Source of the DNA: Legionellaceae bacterium
Lineage (GTDB): Bacteria; Pseudomonadota; Gammaproteobacteria; Legionellales; Legionellaceae
Length of the DNA stretch: 64,000 bases
Direction: 5' to 3'
Assembly: GCA_038923045.1 (NCBI GenBank)
Contig: JBCKWE010000003.1
Location: 5,416-69,415, forward strand
This document shows, one piece after another, positions 1 to 8,612 of the stretch (position 1 is the first letter of the stretch; every line of letters begins with the position of its first letter). A program made the position numbers and the translations under genes. The notes beneath the pieces are model-generated. The model made no database searches. It was not told where the DNA came from and saw only the letters and a program-made list of their open reading frames with translations.

Positions 1-397
1 TAATACTGTATACCTTCAGCCCATGGGTAGACCATGGCGTTAGGACGTTATTCCGGCCACGTTCCTAATCTATGTCCTCTTTTTTCAAAAGACGTAACCC
101 CAGCCGTATTGTTTGACGACGTTAGCTAGGAATTTTTTCAGGTGATATCCAAATGACTTTGCCTTTTTTGCTTTCGCAAACAGCATTTCCTGCTTGCTTG
201 TGTTTCAACAAGGCTTTTTTAATCCCTTCCTGAATGATGGCAGTGACTCTAGTGGTATCATTTAAAATTTGAGAAATTTTATCCTCATTACTGCCACAGT
301 GTCCGCATCATCGAGGCCGCATGCACAGCAGTTCTGGGTGAACGTTATAACCCGCTATTTTAAAGGCCAAAATGCCTGTTGAATAAAATTAGTTTCG

Positions 398-518
398 CAG
401 AATATTGAGGTAGGGTGGACAAAGGAGCGGGTAGCGACGTGCCCACCATGCCCTGTTCTGGTGGGCACAGGCCTGTGGCCCTTTGCCCACCCTACGTTCT
501 GTTCACCCAGAATATCTG
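398..518. repeat. Full-length copy (~120 bp) of a palindromic REP/MITE-like intergenic element
   Basis: Inverted arms GTAGGGTGGaCAAAGG...CCTTTGCCCACCCTAC with outer CAGAATATTG/CAGAATATCTG ends. About 90% identical (inverted) to 39631-39740. Right half identical to 4979-5047. Confidence 0.8.
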
Positions 519-535
519 TTTTTTTTCGTTCCACC

Positions 536-563
536 TTGACATTTAACAATCCAATGCTATACC
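536..563 (+). promoter_or_regulatory. Candidate sigma70 promoter for the 1254-aa ORF
   Basis: TTGACA (536-541), 16-bp spacer, TATACC (558-563). GAGGGGA RBS at 594-600 precedes ATG 606. Confidence 0.3.
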
Positions 564-605
564 TATAAGTATGGGATGTAGTCTTCTGATGCTGAGGGGA
601 ATAGC

Positions 606-3600
606 ATGACAAAATTTAAAGGTAGTTCTGCATTAGAGAACATCGCAGAACTGGAAGCCCCAGGTTGGCGTGAATTATTTAAGGAAAGTGAATTTGAGGA
701 TAATTCATCAGTGATAAAAACAAATTTTACTAATGTCAATCCAGCAATTATAGACTTCCTGGTTAGCCGGATTGGATTGCTTAAGCTAATCCTTGCAGAG
801 CGTCCTTTAACAGACGGCAAGGACGGAGAAAATGCCCAAAAACTAGTTGTTCTCATGGAAACTGCTTTGAGTAGTACTCATAAAACTATGAGGGCGGATG
901 TTAAGCAGCAGACAAAAGTCTTTGAATCATATATCGCTAAGCAGCGCTCGGATAAATTAACATCTACGATAAAAAAAGCGGAAGTTCAGGCAGCAAAACC
1001 AACTGCAAGCCTTGAAGTTTCTATATTTGCAAAGGATTCGGAACTTGTGACAGCTACTGCTGCACCTTCACCTTCGGCTCACCAAACGGTACCTCTATCC
1101 ACTGATACTAAACTGACACTTGGAGACACGATCATGCCAAAAAATAACGATTGTACTGAAGACACCATTATTGCAGCCTATAAAATCGTTTTAGGAATAA
1201 ATATAAAGTTGTCTAACGCGTTGGGGTCAAATGATTATCAAATTGATATAAACCCGGCATTAAACCCGGACGGTTTGCATAAGGATTTATCAGTTGCCTC
1301 CAAAGAAGAAAGCGCGCTTCAGGAAAACCTTAATTCTCTAGATAGGCAAAAATCCTACTTTGTACGCACTGGGACAAATGACGGTTCTGGTCATTATCAA
1401 CTCCTAGCATTCAAAAATGAAAAAGGTTGGTACCTGTATACAACTGAAACGAATCAAAAGATGATAACGGACAAGGATGGCACCCTTATTCCCGAAGCCC
1501 AGGTGGAATTACAAGGGACTTCTGACTCTACGGCAATATGGGGTATGAGTTCAGGTGAATATCAAATTACAATCCAAGAAGCAAGCAAAAAAAGAATTAT
1601 AGATGCTGCAAATTTTGTTGGTTTCTTTCGTGCTGCTGCAGGAACAATTATGGAATGTCAAAAATGTGCTGAGGTACAGATAAACAGTCCTAAGTATACA
1701 CCTGGTGTTCCGGATAGTAATTGTTTCAAACTGATTTCAGAGAAGTCGGTGCCAGCTGAGGTTGGTGGAGCTGCCGCCAGCTCGAGAATCGATCATAAAC
1801 CGCGTGCTGCTGGCGGTGGTGGCGTTCCCGAAATAACAGGTCAACAACGGCAAGTAGTGCCAGATGCCAAATCTGGACCACAGACAGCGCGCCAGCCTAA
1901 AATATCAACAATATTAAATAATTGTCCATTTTATGTACTAACTCCGGAATTAAAAGAAGAAATAGAAAAATATGCTGAGGACGAGGCTCACGAGAATGGG
2001 CATACCGCTGGGTACAACTCTTTAAAAGAGCATTTTTCTCATTATTATAATTTGGAGAATATTTCATGGAAAGATTTTTCAGGTATTTTACAAAATTATA
2101 ATCCTTTTGACGTTCAATTGGTTTTAGGACCAGTTTTACGGAGTTTGTCCAAAGAAACGATGCAAGCATCAGATAATGAAACTTTCATAGATATCGCAGC
2201 GGCCGCATATTCTGACGGGAAACCTATTACCTCGGATCAATATATCAAATTAACTACTGAAATTAATAAAGATACTGGACGTTACGACAGTCTAAGTCCC
2301 GATCATTTGTTCAAATTTACAGCGCATCCTTTGGGGCTAGCACTAACCTACAACAAATTAGGCCAGAGTCCTAACGTGCTCACTGTAGATGTACCCGTTA
2401 GAACAATTTCTATTCATCACCAAGGCAGAATAGACGTTGCTGGTCATTGGGAACGAGTCGCAGACGTACAGAATGCTACATCTTATGAAGATGAAGAAAA
2501 TACCCAATTAACCCCCTTATTACCACTATTGGGTGGTGATGCCAATAGCTCTGCTGTTGGTCTTGATTTACTAAAAACACATGTACAACTTATGTATAGT
2601 CATGTACAAGGTAGGGAAGACATGACTAAGGCTGCGGGAGAGTTGATGCTAGCAGGTGTTCAAATTGAGCGGTACATTACTAATAGTATGTATGTACCTA
2701 AAATACAGGCACTGAAATTACTAGGCAAATCAATAACTGAAGAAACTAAATGTATTATTGATACAATTCCTACTCCTGAGATTGAATATGAAAAGAGCAT
2801 CACAGAGTATTTGTCTGCCCCTATAGGTCGTAAGCCTACGGGTGATCCAGCCGTCGCTAAGATTGTAGCCATCCTAGAACAATCCATTGTAGCTCCCAAG
2901 GTTTTTATACCTCCATTCCACCAGGCTAGCAGAACACCATCACCTAGAGTAGGCGGCGGTGTTAGTTCTCAGAACACAGAAATGCCTGATGATCCGCGAA
3001 AAGCCGCGGCAGATCAAAAAGCCGCAGTTATCAGTGTCAGCGGCGGAAGTGGCAAAGAATATGGAGCTCAACTTAGTACGAGTGGAGGTGCAGCCACCAA
3101 TACGGAACTTAGTGGTGCTACATCTGCATCTGGTCTGGAGAATAGCAGGGAACACACTCCCCTAATTGTAGTTTCCGGCGCCTCGCCTGCACCCGCGAAC
3201 CAAGTACATGCTGATGCGATAGGTTCTAATAGAAGACAGTCGAGTCTATTGATAGATACTTTACACAGCGCTAATCAAAAAATAGTAGTATTACCTGTCG
3301 ACACCGCCGTTGGAGCCTCCCACAAATTAGCAGGTTGGGGCAGCACTTTAGGAGCTTTCTTTAATGCCGGAGCAGGCTTAGCCGTAGGTGCCACTAAATA
3401 CGTAGCAGCTGGAGTCTCAAGTACCTTTACTGCCGGAGTAGATTCAGTCAGGTCTCGATTTGGAGGGCAGCATGCATCAGTTACAGATGAAAACCAAGAT
3501 CATGTGGACGAGATGGATATAAGACACCCGATGCAATCTGGTGAGTCGTATACACAAATCTCCAGCAACCTCCCTCCCCTCCCCGATAACCTCAGGCCGA

Positions 3601-4370
3601 TCGGAGAAGAGGATGGTGATGATTCTTCCATATATCATGACCCAAAAGAATACCAGGATGGAGCTGAAGCCCCTCCAAGCGAAGCAACCCAGCGTCTTTA
3701 TGCCTACAAAGCTGGCCACAAGGTCACTAATTTATTTGGTGATGATGGCGAGATCATCGCAGCCATTAACCTTACCGATGAGCAGTGTGTGAATTTCACC
3801 CAGCAGATGCTGGAGGAGTTCAAGGCAGGATCATTGAAAGTCACCGCACCCGCAGGTCACGAATACTCATTGAATTGTACAGGTAATATACCGCAAGCCA
3901 TATTAACAAGAGATGGCTTGAAGAAATTTGACGAAGACAATGGCAAGCCAGAGGAAGAAAAGCTGCGCATAATCCTGACGGTGATGAACATGGTTGACAG
4001 CATCCTAGCTCGCGGCTGCGAGGTGAATGTGACTACAGAGGACCCATTTCTTGCTGAGATGATTCAAGAATACATCAATCATTTAAAGCTTATTATCCCT
4101 GCGTTTAAGATAGAAGATAGTGTTACTAACCAGAGTAATCTCCCAGCAGACCAAAGGTATGTTAAAACCGATACAGAGAACAGGGTGGTAGAGCAGTTTA
4201 AAAGATTCCTTGAGAATAGAATCACTAAGGTTTTAGTGGAAGCTGTAGGATGGTATATTGATGGCGATAGGTTTAGGACTGCTCATTCAGTTGAAGAGTC
4301 AGATCTGTCTGATTCTCCCCTAAGCTCGAGGGTGAGGGGGTTACGACCAATGGGGTCAGAGAAAAATTAA
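606..4370 (+). CDS. Large modular protein of unknown function (1254 aa), effector-like
   Basis: Uninterrupted 3.8-kb ORF with RBS and no Sec signal peptide. Gly/Ser/Ala-rich linkers (AAGGGGVP, PRVGGGVSS, SGGSGKEYG) separate at least 3 blocks. Gly/Ala hydrophobic stretch at 3327-3440. No family recognised by eye. Confidence 0.8.
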   Translation: MTKFKGSSALENIAELEAPGWRELFKESEFEDNSSVIKTNFTNVNPAIIDFLVSRIGLLKLILAERPLTDGKDGENAQKLVVLMETALSSTHKTMRADVKQQTKVFESYIAKQRSDKLTSTIKKAEVQAAKPTASLEVSIFAKDSELVTATAAPSPSAHQTVPLSTDTKLTLGDTIMPKNNDCTEDTIIAAYKIVLGINIKLSNALGSNDYQIDINPALNPDGLHKDLSVASKEESALQENLNSLDRQKSYFVRTGTNDGSGHYQLLAFKNEKGWYLYTTETNQKMITDKDGTLIPEAQVELQGTSDSTAIWGMSSGEYQITIQEASKKRIIDAANFVGFFRAAAGTIMECQKCAEVQINSPKYTPGVPDSNCFKLISEKSVPAEVGGAAASSRIDHKPRAAGGGGVPEITGQQRQVVPDAKSGPQTARQPKISTILNNCPFYVLTPELKEEIEKYAEDEAHENGHTAGYNSLKEHFSHYYNLENISWKDFSGILQNYNPFDVQLVLGPVLRSLSKETMQASDNETFIDIAAAAYSDGKPITSDQYIKLTTEINKDTGRYDSLSPDHLFKFTAHPLGLALTYNKLGQSPNVLTVDVPVRTISIHHQGRIDVAGHWERVADVQNATSYEDEENTQLTPLLPLLGGDANSSAVGLDLLKTHVQLMYSHVQGREDMTKAAGELMLAGVQIERYITNSMYVPKIQALKLLGKSITEETKCIIDTIPTPEIEYEKSITEYLSAPIGRKPTGDPAVAKIVAILEQSIVAPKVFIPPFHQASRTPSPRVGGGVSSQNTEMPDDPRKAAADQKAAVISVSGGSGKEYGAQLSTSGGAATNTELSGATSASGLENSREHTPLIVVSGASPAPANQVHADAIGSNRRQSSLLIDTLHSANQKIVVLPVDTAVGASHKLAGWGSTLGAFFNAGAGLAVGATKYVAAGVSSTFTAGVDSVRSRFGGQHASVTDENQDHVDEMDIRHPMQSGESYTQISSNLPPLPDNLRPIGEEDGDDSSIYHDPKEYQDGAEAPPSEATQRLYAYKAGHKVTNLFGDDGEIIAAINLTDEQCVNFTQQMLEEFKAGSLKVTAPAGHEYSLNCTGNIPQAILTRDGLKKFDEDNGKPEEEKLRIILTVMNMVDSILARGCEVNVTTEDPFLAEMIQEYINHLKLIIPAFKIEDSVTNQSNLPADQRYVKTDTENRVVEQFKRFLENRITKVLVEAVGWYIDGDRFRTAHSVEESDLSDSPLSSRVRGLRPMGSEKN

Positions 4371-4549
4371 GGATGTTAAATAATGCGAAGACATTAGATG
4401 ATTTACGCATTCCTCCAAATAATCGTCTTGAAAAATTATTAGGCAATCGGGTAGGACAGTATAGTATCAGGATCAACAAAAAGTGGCGCATTTGCTTTGA
4501 GTGGCAAGATGGAATCGTGTCAAATGTTGAAATTGTGGATTATCACTAG
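4352..4549 (+). pseudogene. higB: 5'-truncated HigB (RelE/ParE-superfamily, plasmid-maintenance killer) toxin remnant
   Basis: Frame 2 reads ..VREKLRMLNNAKTLDDLRIPPNNRLEKLLGNRVGQYSIRINKKWRICFEWQDGIVSNVEIVDYH*, matching the C-terminal two thirds of the HigB family. An in-frame stop lies at 4310-4312 and the first ATG at 4373. The N-terminal ~25-30 aa of the family are absent. Confidence 0.6.
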
Positions 4550-4555
4550 GAGAAC

Positions 4556-4879
4556 ATGATGGCGATAAAATTAAAAAATATTCACCCAGGCGAAATACTT
4601 TTTGAAGAGTTTATTTTGCCTATGGAGATTAGTCAAAATAAATTAGCTAGAGATATCGATGTTTCTCCGCGAAGAATTAATGAGATTGTACATGGAAAAA
4701 GAGCCGTCACTGCTGATACAGATCTGAGACTATCCATGGCATTGGGAACATCTGAAGGATTTTGGCTTGGCTTACAGGCTGATTATGATTTAGAAGAAAA
4801 GAAGAACGCAATAAAAAATCAGCTTTCTAAAATTAAAAAACTTGTTACTTTTAATCAGTCGGGAATGAAAGCGGCATAA
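4556..4879 (+). CDS. higA: HigA-family antitoxin (XRE-type HTH)
   Basis: IHPGEILFEEFILPMEISQNKLARDIDVSPRRINEIVHGKRAVTADTDLRLSMALGTSEGFWLGLQADYDL is the typical HigA/VapI HTH. It sits 7 nt downstream of the higB remnant. Confidence 0.85.
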   Translation: MMAIKLKNIHPGEILFEEFILPMEISQNKLARDIDVSPRRINEIVHGKRAVTADTDLRLSMALGTSEGFWLGLQADYDLEEKKNAIKNQLSKIKKLVTFNQSGMKAA

Positions 4880-4978
4880 TTTAGTAAGCGGGGAAAATCC
4901 GTTTGTATATGTATATAATGGCGTTTATACTCGTAAATTCTCTGGGGTCGAAATCGCGAGAGGAAGACCCTCCTGGCA

Positions 4979-5047
4979 GCCCTGTTCTGGTGGGCACAGG
5001 CCTGTGGCCCTTTGCCCACCCTACGCTTTGTTCACCCAGAATATCTG
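4979..5047. repeat. Half copy of the REP/MITE-like element
   Basis: GCCCTGTTCTGGTGGGCACAGGCCTGTGGCCCTTTGCCCACCCTACG..TTCACCCAGAATATCTG is identical to the right half of 398-518, in the same orientation. Confidence 0.8.
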
Positions 5048-5062
5048 GCCCATTTGCTTCAC

Positions 5063-5470
5063 TCACAGTTGAAGGACATTTAGGTTGCTAATTCGACTCA
5101 ATTTTTTGTCATTTGTTAAAAATAAATGCTGATCATTTGTTGATAAACAACAGGCAGCTTGGATTGCATCGGGTGTGCGAATTGTATGATCTGCTCGCAA
5201 TTGTGTTGCGATGTCAATAACCTTATGATCAATTTCTATTATTGATAATTTTGGCGATTCAAAAAATTGTTGGTACACGGTTAAAATGGCTTTATCCTTG
5301 TCCCGCAAGGGTTTGACTAGACATTCCAAGAGACTGAGTCGCGAAACGGTTAATGTGTGGTCTGGATGCTGCTCTGCAACCGTTTGAAGTGTGGATGTTA
5401 ATGTTTTGTAAAATGGATGAGCTGCCTCCACCCAATAAATGATAATACAGGCGTCTAGGAATACTCTCAT
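5063..5470 (-). CDS. vapC: PIN-domain toxin (VapC-like)
   Basis: N-terminal FLDACIIIY, then LLEC, TPDAIQAA and LTND acidic positions in PIN-domain order. 135 aa, downstream of a small antitoxin gene. Confidence 0.75.
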   Translation of the reverse strand: MRVFLDACIIIYWVEAAHPFYKTLTSTLQTVAEQHPDHTLTVSRLSLLECLVKPLRDKDKAILTVYQQFFESPKLSIIEIDHKVIDIATQLRADHTIRTPDAIQAACCLSTNDQHLFLTNDKKLSRISNLNVLQL

Positions 5471-5476
5471 AAAAAG

Positions 5477-5734
5477 CTACTCCCAAGCATCGCGTTCATG
5501 ATTAAGTTGTTGATCAATTTCATTTCTGGTGCGGTTTCCTGTCACAGGCTTTTCCAGCATGAAAAATAATCCGGATGTTTTAGTATTTATAGACAATAAT
5601 TGGTAGTCTTTTTCGGACAAAACAACAAATAGGGGACGATTATGTTTAAGTACATGAACGGGTCCATATTTTAATTGTTTCTCGATAATAGTGACACCAT
5701 GTTTTTTTATTTCGTTCGCCGGTAAAATATTCAT
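5477..5734 (-). CDS. Phd/YefM-type antitoxin partnered with the PIN toxin
   Basis: 85 aa. N-terminal ..HGVTIIEKQLKYGPVHVLKHNRPLFVVLSEKDYQLL resembles the Phd/YefM antitoxin fold. A 6-nt gap separates it from the toxin gene. Confidence 0.65.
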   Translation of the reverse strand: MNILPANEIKKHGVTIIEKQLKYGPVHVLKHNRPLFVVLSEKDYQLLSINTKTSGLFFMLEKPVTGNRTRNEIDQQLNHERDAWE

Positions 5735-5840
5735 GGTACGATCCTTTTTTCACCTTATGACAGTACTATATTAGATGCTAAATTAAGTGCTGTCAAGGTA
5801 AGTTAATAGTAACCGCAGGACCAGGGCTGACCGCAGGTCA

Positions 5841-5868
5841 CAGATATTCTGTTCACCCAGAATATCTA
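5841..5868. repeat. Terminus-only copy of the REP family (short palindrome)
   Basis: CAGATATTCTG-TTCACC-CAGAATATCTa. The same motif occurs inverted at 15892-15920 and forms the ends of the long copies. Confidence 0.7.
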
Positions 5869-5885
5869 CGCAGGGCAACCCGCAG

Positions 5886-5914
5886 TTGACATCCAGAATT
5901 TTTCATCCTACTAT
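5886..5914 (+). promoter_or_regulatory. Near-consensus sigma70 promoter of toxin-like gene 1
   Basis: TTGACA (5886-5891), 17-bp spacer, TACTAT (5909-5914). Duplicated almost exactly at 8463-8491. Confidence 0.55.
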
Positions 5915-6036
5915 GCCAGCGTCTTGTTTTTATGACATGGTTCTATCGTCAAAAGTATCAATCACCATCTGATAGCTAGATCTGGTGTGTGGTTATTACA
6001 CACGTATTCATCACTTAAAATTCAGGGAGAATTTTT

Positions 6037-8397
6037 ATGCCCATACCTACGTATCAAACACCCATGCATGTTTTAATCGCTTCTGCAGATCCAAAAAAAG
6101 AGGTTGCATTACGCAGTAGAATGTCTGTTTATTTGAATAAACCATTGCCAGCATACACGCCTAACCTAGCGCTTCAAAAATCTGAAGTGTTGTCAGCTAC
6201 AACTTGGAATCCACCATCGACAACCGCCGTGACAGATATGAAAATCAGTTCCAGTGCGTTATACAGCGAATCGCTCATTGTTCAAACCTATGTCACAACA
6301 ATTCAACAGCAAGCCATTATAAACCTTGCTTTAGATAATACGTCCATTGATATTCCTACTATTCAGACTATTTCAAAACAGCATGCCACGGATTGGACTA
6401 GCAACTACTTTCCTAAGTTGGCACAATCACAAGCGGATATTGCCGACGTATGTGATCAATTTGATGGTTTCTACAATCCACTGGTTACGTATGCCAACGA
6501 AATTGCTCACAACGTAGACAACTTCAAACAAGGTATCTTGTTATTACAACAACATGTTGATGGAAAAGGAGTTAACATTACTGCCGCAATGCGTGCTTTG
6601 ACCGGTTTTAATGAAAAAGTGGTATCCGATAATGCAAGCTTTCAGTCTGTTATGTCCGCAGCGAATAGCCAGTACAATGGCACTTCGGGTGTACTTGCCG
6701 ATCTACAATCTGAAATTGATACATTGACCTCTAAAATCGGTGATGATCTAATGTATATTGGACTGGCTGCAGTTGGCGAAGTGGTTGGCGGCCTGACGAT
6801 TGCAGTAGGCATATTGCTTGAAATAGAAACACTCGGCTTTTCCACCTTTTTAGTTTACGCGGGCATATCTGAAGTATTGGGCTCTACAGCCGGTATGGCT
6901 GTGGCAATTACAGAACTTCTAAATGATCAAGCCTCAAATCGACAATTAGTAGAAACGTTGGCAAGGGATCAAATTAATTTAGCGGCAGTAAAAACCGTCA
7001 TTAATGTTTTTAGCAATCTTGTCAGCACAGCGCATTCAGCAATCGGATCACTCAACAATATGAGTACACATTGGAGTAATCTATCTGCCTATTATACAAC
7101 TCTTTCAAAGTGTTGTGACTTGGTTGCGAGTCAGGATCCAGTAGCCCTTGGCGAATACTTAATTGCAGAATTGAACAAAATGAAAGCAAATTTTGCCGAT
7201 CTTAAAAATGCTGCTCAGTATTGTCAAACGAACGCCACATTGCCACTGGCACCATCATTGCTTTCCGCATCCTTAAAATTGGCTTCTGCAAATTCAAAAC
7301 CGCTCCTGCTTTCTAACGTCACTGCAAATGTAGCGACCTCCAGTATCCCTATCAATAAAATGATAGATCAAGAGGTGATAAATTTGGCAGATGGAATGCG
7401 TACTGAAGCGCCTGATTTACAACGTAGCTTATCTTATTATGCTAGTTTGCTTACACCTAATCAACCTTCTTATCCTTCAACATCTACAGTGATCGCAGCT
7501 GTGGAGCAGTTTCAATTGATTCTTACTCCTTTTCAAAATCAGAGCTCCCAGATAACACAGGATCTAGATGCCCAGCGTGTAACCTCACTTGCAACGCAAC
7601 AAACCCTAACCAATCAAATGGCAGCTACCAAAGCTAGAATCATAGCAGCCCAGTCATCTCTTGAGCAAAACCAGGCGGCTTTATCCTCAGTAGAGAATAA
7701 ACTATGCAATGAGCAGAATCATCTTAATTTGGTTGAACAAGTAATCAATCCATTTCTACCAATTGGACCGCTTATTGCCCCTCTTATTGAAACTATAGGA
7801 AACTTGATCATTGAAGCACAAGGCTATAGCCAGCAGATTTCGTCGTTAAGAGCACACGTTAATTCTGATCAACAGAGTTTGAATAATTTACACCTTCAGG
7901 CTCAAGCCATTCAAACCCAGTTAACGAACATCAACACTATGGTTAGTTACGTCACTAGCCTTGAGCAAGGTGTGGAAGGTTTAACAGCAACATTTAGTAA
8001 TTTGATACAAACTCTTCAGACTGCTGGCTCGGCACCTATCGCCTGGGCAGGCGCGATATTGGAAGGGGCATTACTAAATTGGCAAGATGCAATGCAAGCC
8101 ATCAATCACATTAGCCCACAAGCTTCGGTATCTGTGGTTGCCGAAACAAACGTTTCTGATCTACCAAAAAGCATGAGCTTATTTTTTCGGTATGAAGCGC
8201 CAAAATATCAAGCTCAAGCGTTTGATTCTGTTAAGTCGTTGGAAGAAACTAGTGTTAGCGGACAAGCTCCACTGGGAGCGCACGTTGATGGTATTTCTTT
8301 TTTTAGCACTTTATCTAATCCATCCGTCACGGGTGTCATTGGCCGCGATTCTAATGTTAAAGTGATTGCTGAGGGCCCTACCACAGCTACTCCTTGA
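6037..8397 (+). CDS. NHE/HBL-family (ClyA-superfamily) alpha-pore-forming-toxin-like protein, single module plus ~380-aa helical C-terminal extension (786 aa)
   Basis: Motif order HATDW..FPKL..CDQFDGFYNPLV..FKQGILLLQ..LTGFNEKVVSDNASFQS..GVLADLQSEIDTL, then a Gly/Ala/Ile/Leu hydrophobic hairpin (6751-6918), then AIGSLNNMSTHWSNLSAYY. AGGGAGA RBS. No signal peptide. Confidence 0.7.
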   Translation: MPIPTYQTPMHVLIASADPKKEVALRSRMSVYLNKPLPAYTPNLALQKSEVLSATTWNPPSTTAVTDMKISSSALYSESLIVQTYVTTIQQQAIINLALDNTSIDIPTIQTISKQHATDWTSNYFPKLAQSQADIADVCDQFDGFYNPLVTYANEIAHNVDNFKQGILLLQQHVDGKGVNITAAMRALTGFNEKVVSDNASFQSVMSAANSQYNGTSGVLADLQSEIDTLTSKIGDDLMYIGLAAVGEVVGGLTIAVGILLEIETLGFSTFLVYAGISEVLGSTAGMAVAITELLNDQASNRQLVETLARDQINLAAVKTVINVFSNLVSTAHSAIGSLNNMSTHWSNLSAYYTTLSKCCDLVASQDPVALGEYLIAELNKMKANFADLKNAAQYCQTNATLPLAPSLLSASLKLASANSKPLLLSNVTANVATSSIPINKMIDQEVINLADGMRTEAPDLQRSLSYYASLLTPNQPSYPSTSTVIAAVEQFQLILTPFQNQSSQITQDLDAQRVTSLATQQTLTNQMAATKARIIAAQSSLEQNQAALSSVENKLCNEQNHLNLVEQVINPFLPIGPLIAPLIETIGNLIIEAQGYSQQISSLRAHVNSDQQSLNNLHLQAQAIQTQLTNINTMVSYVTSLEQGVEGLTATFSNLIQTLQTAGSAPIAWAGAILEGALLNWQDAMQAINHISPQASVSVVAETNVSDLPKSMSLFFRYEAPKYQAQAFDSVKSLEETSVSGQAPLGAHVDGISFFSTLSNPSVTGVIGRDSNVKVIAEGPTTATP

Positions 8398-8462
8398 GAA
8401 AATAAAACCAATAGGTTGGTTCTGATTCACGCTTTATGGGAGGGCAATCCAGATACTCGCAG

Positions 8463-8491
8463 TTGACATCCAGAATTTTTCATCCTATTAT
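8463..8491 (+). promoter_or_regulatory. Duplicated sigma70 promoter of toxin-like gene 2
   Basis: TTGACA (8463-8468), 17-bp spacer identical to copy 1, TATTAT (8486-8491). Confidence 0.55.
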
Positions 8492-8612
8492 GCCAGCGTC
8501 TTATTTTATGACATAGTTCTATCGTCAAAAGTATTAACCACCATCTGATAGCTAGATCTGGTGTGTGGATATTACACACGTATTCATCACTTAAAATTCA
8601 GGGAGAATTTTT

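Noticed and set aside
130-300. Short minus-strand reading frame (..EDKISQILNDTTRVTAIIQEGIKKALLKHKQAGNAVCESKKGKVIWISPEKIPS*), and further fragments in 1-130, that look like remnants of small TA- or regulator-type genes.
   Set aside because: There is no start codon (a stop lies just upstream in frame), the length is under 60 aa, and I cannot assign a family. It may be a decayed gene but the evidence is too weak to annotate.
355-612. Track ORFs 355-612(-), 563-856(-), 4881-5066(-) and 4903-5091(+), which share peptide strings such as ILGEQ.VGWAKGHRPVPTRTG.
   Set aside because: They are read-throughs of the REP/MITE-like repeat copies (398-518, 4979-5047). The shared peptide simply reflects the shared repeat DNA. 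They have no RBS and are unlikely to be genes.
8406-8421. The small hairpin AACCAA-TAGG-TTGGTT after toxin-like gene 1 as a terminator.
   Set aside because: The stem is only 6 bp and A/T-rich, with no U tract. That is too weak to call, and read-through into gene 2 cannot be excluded.
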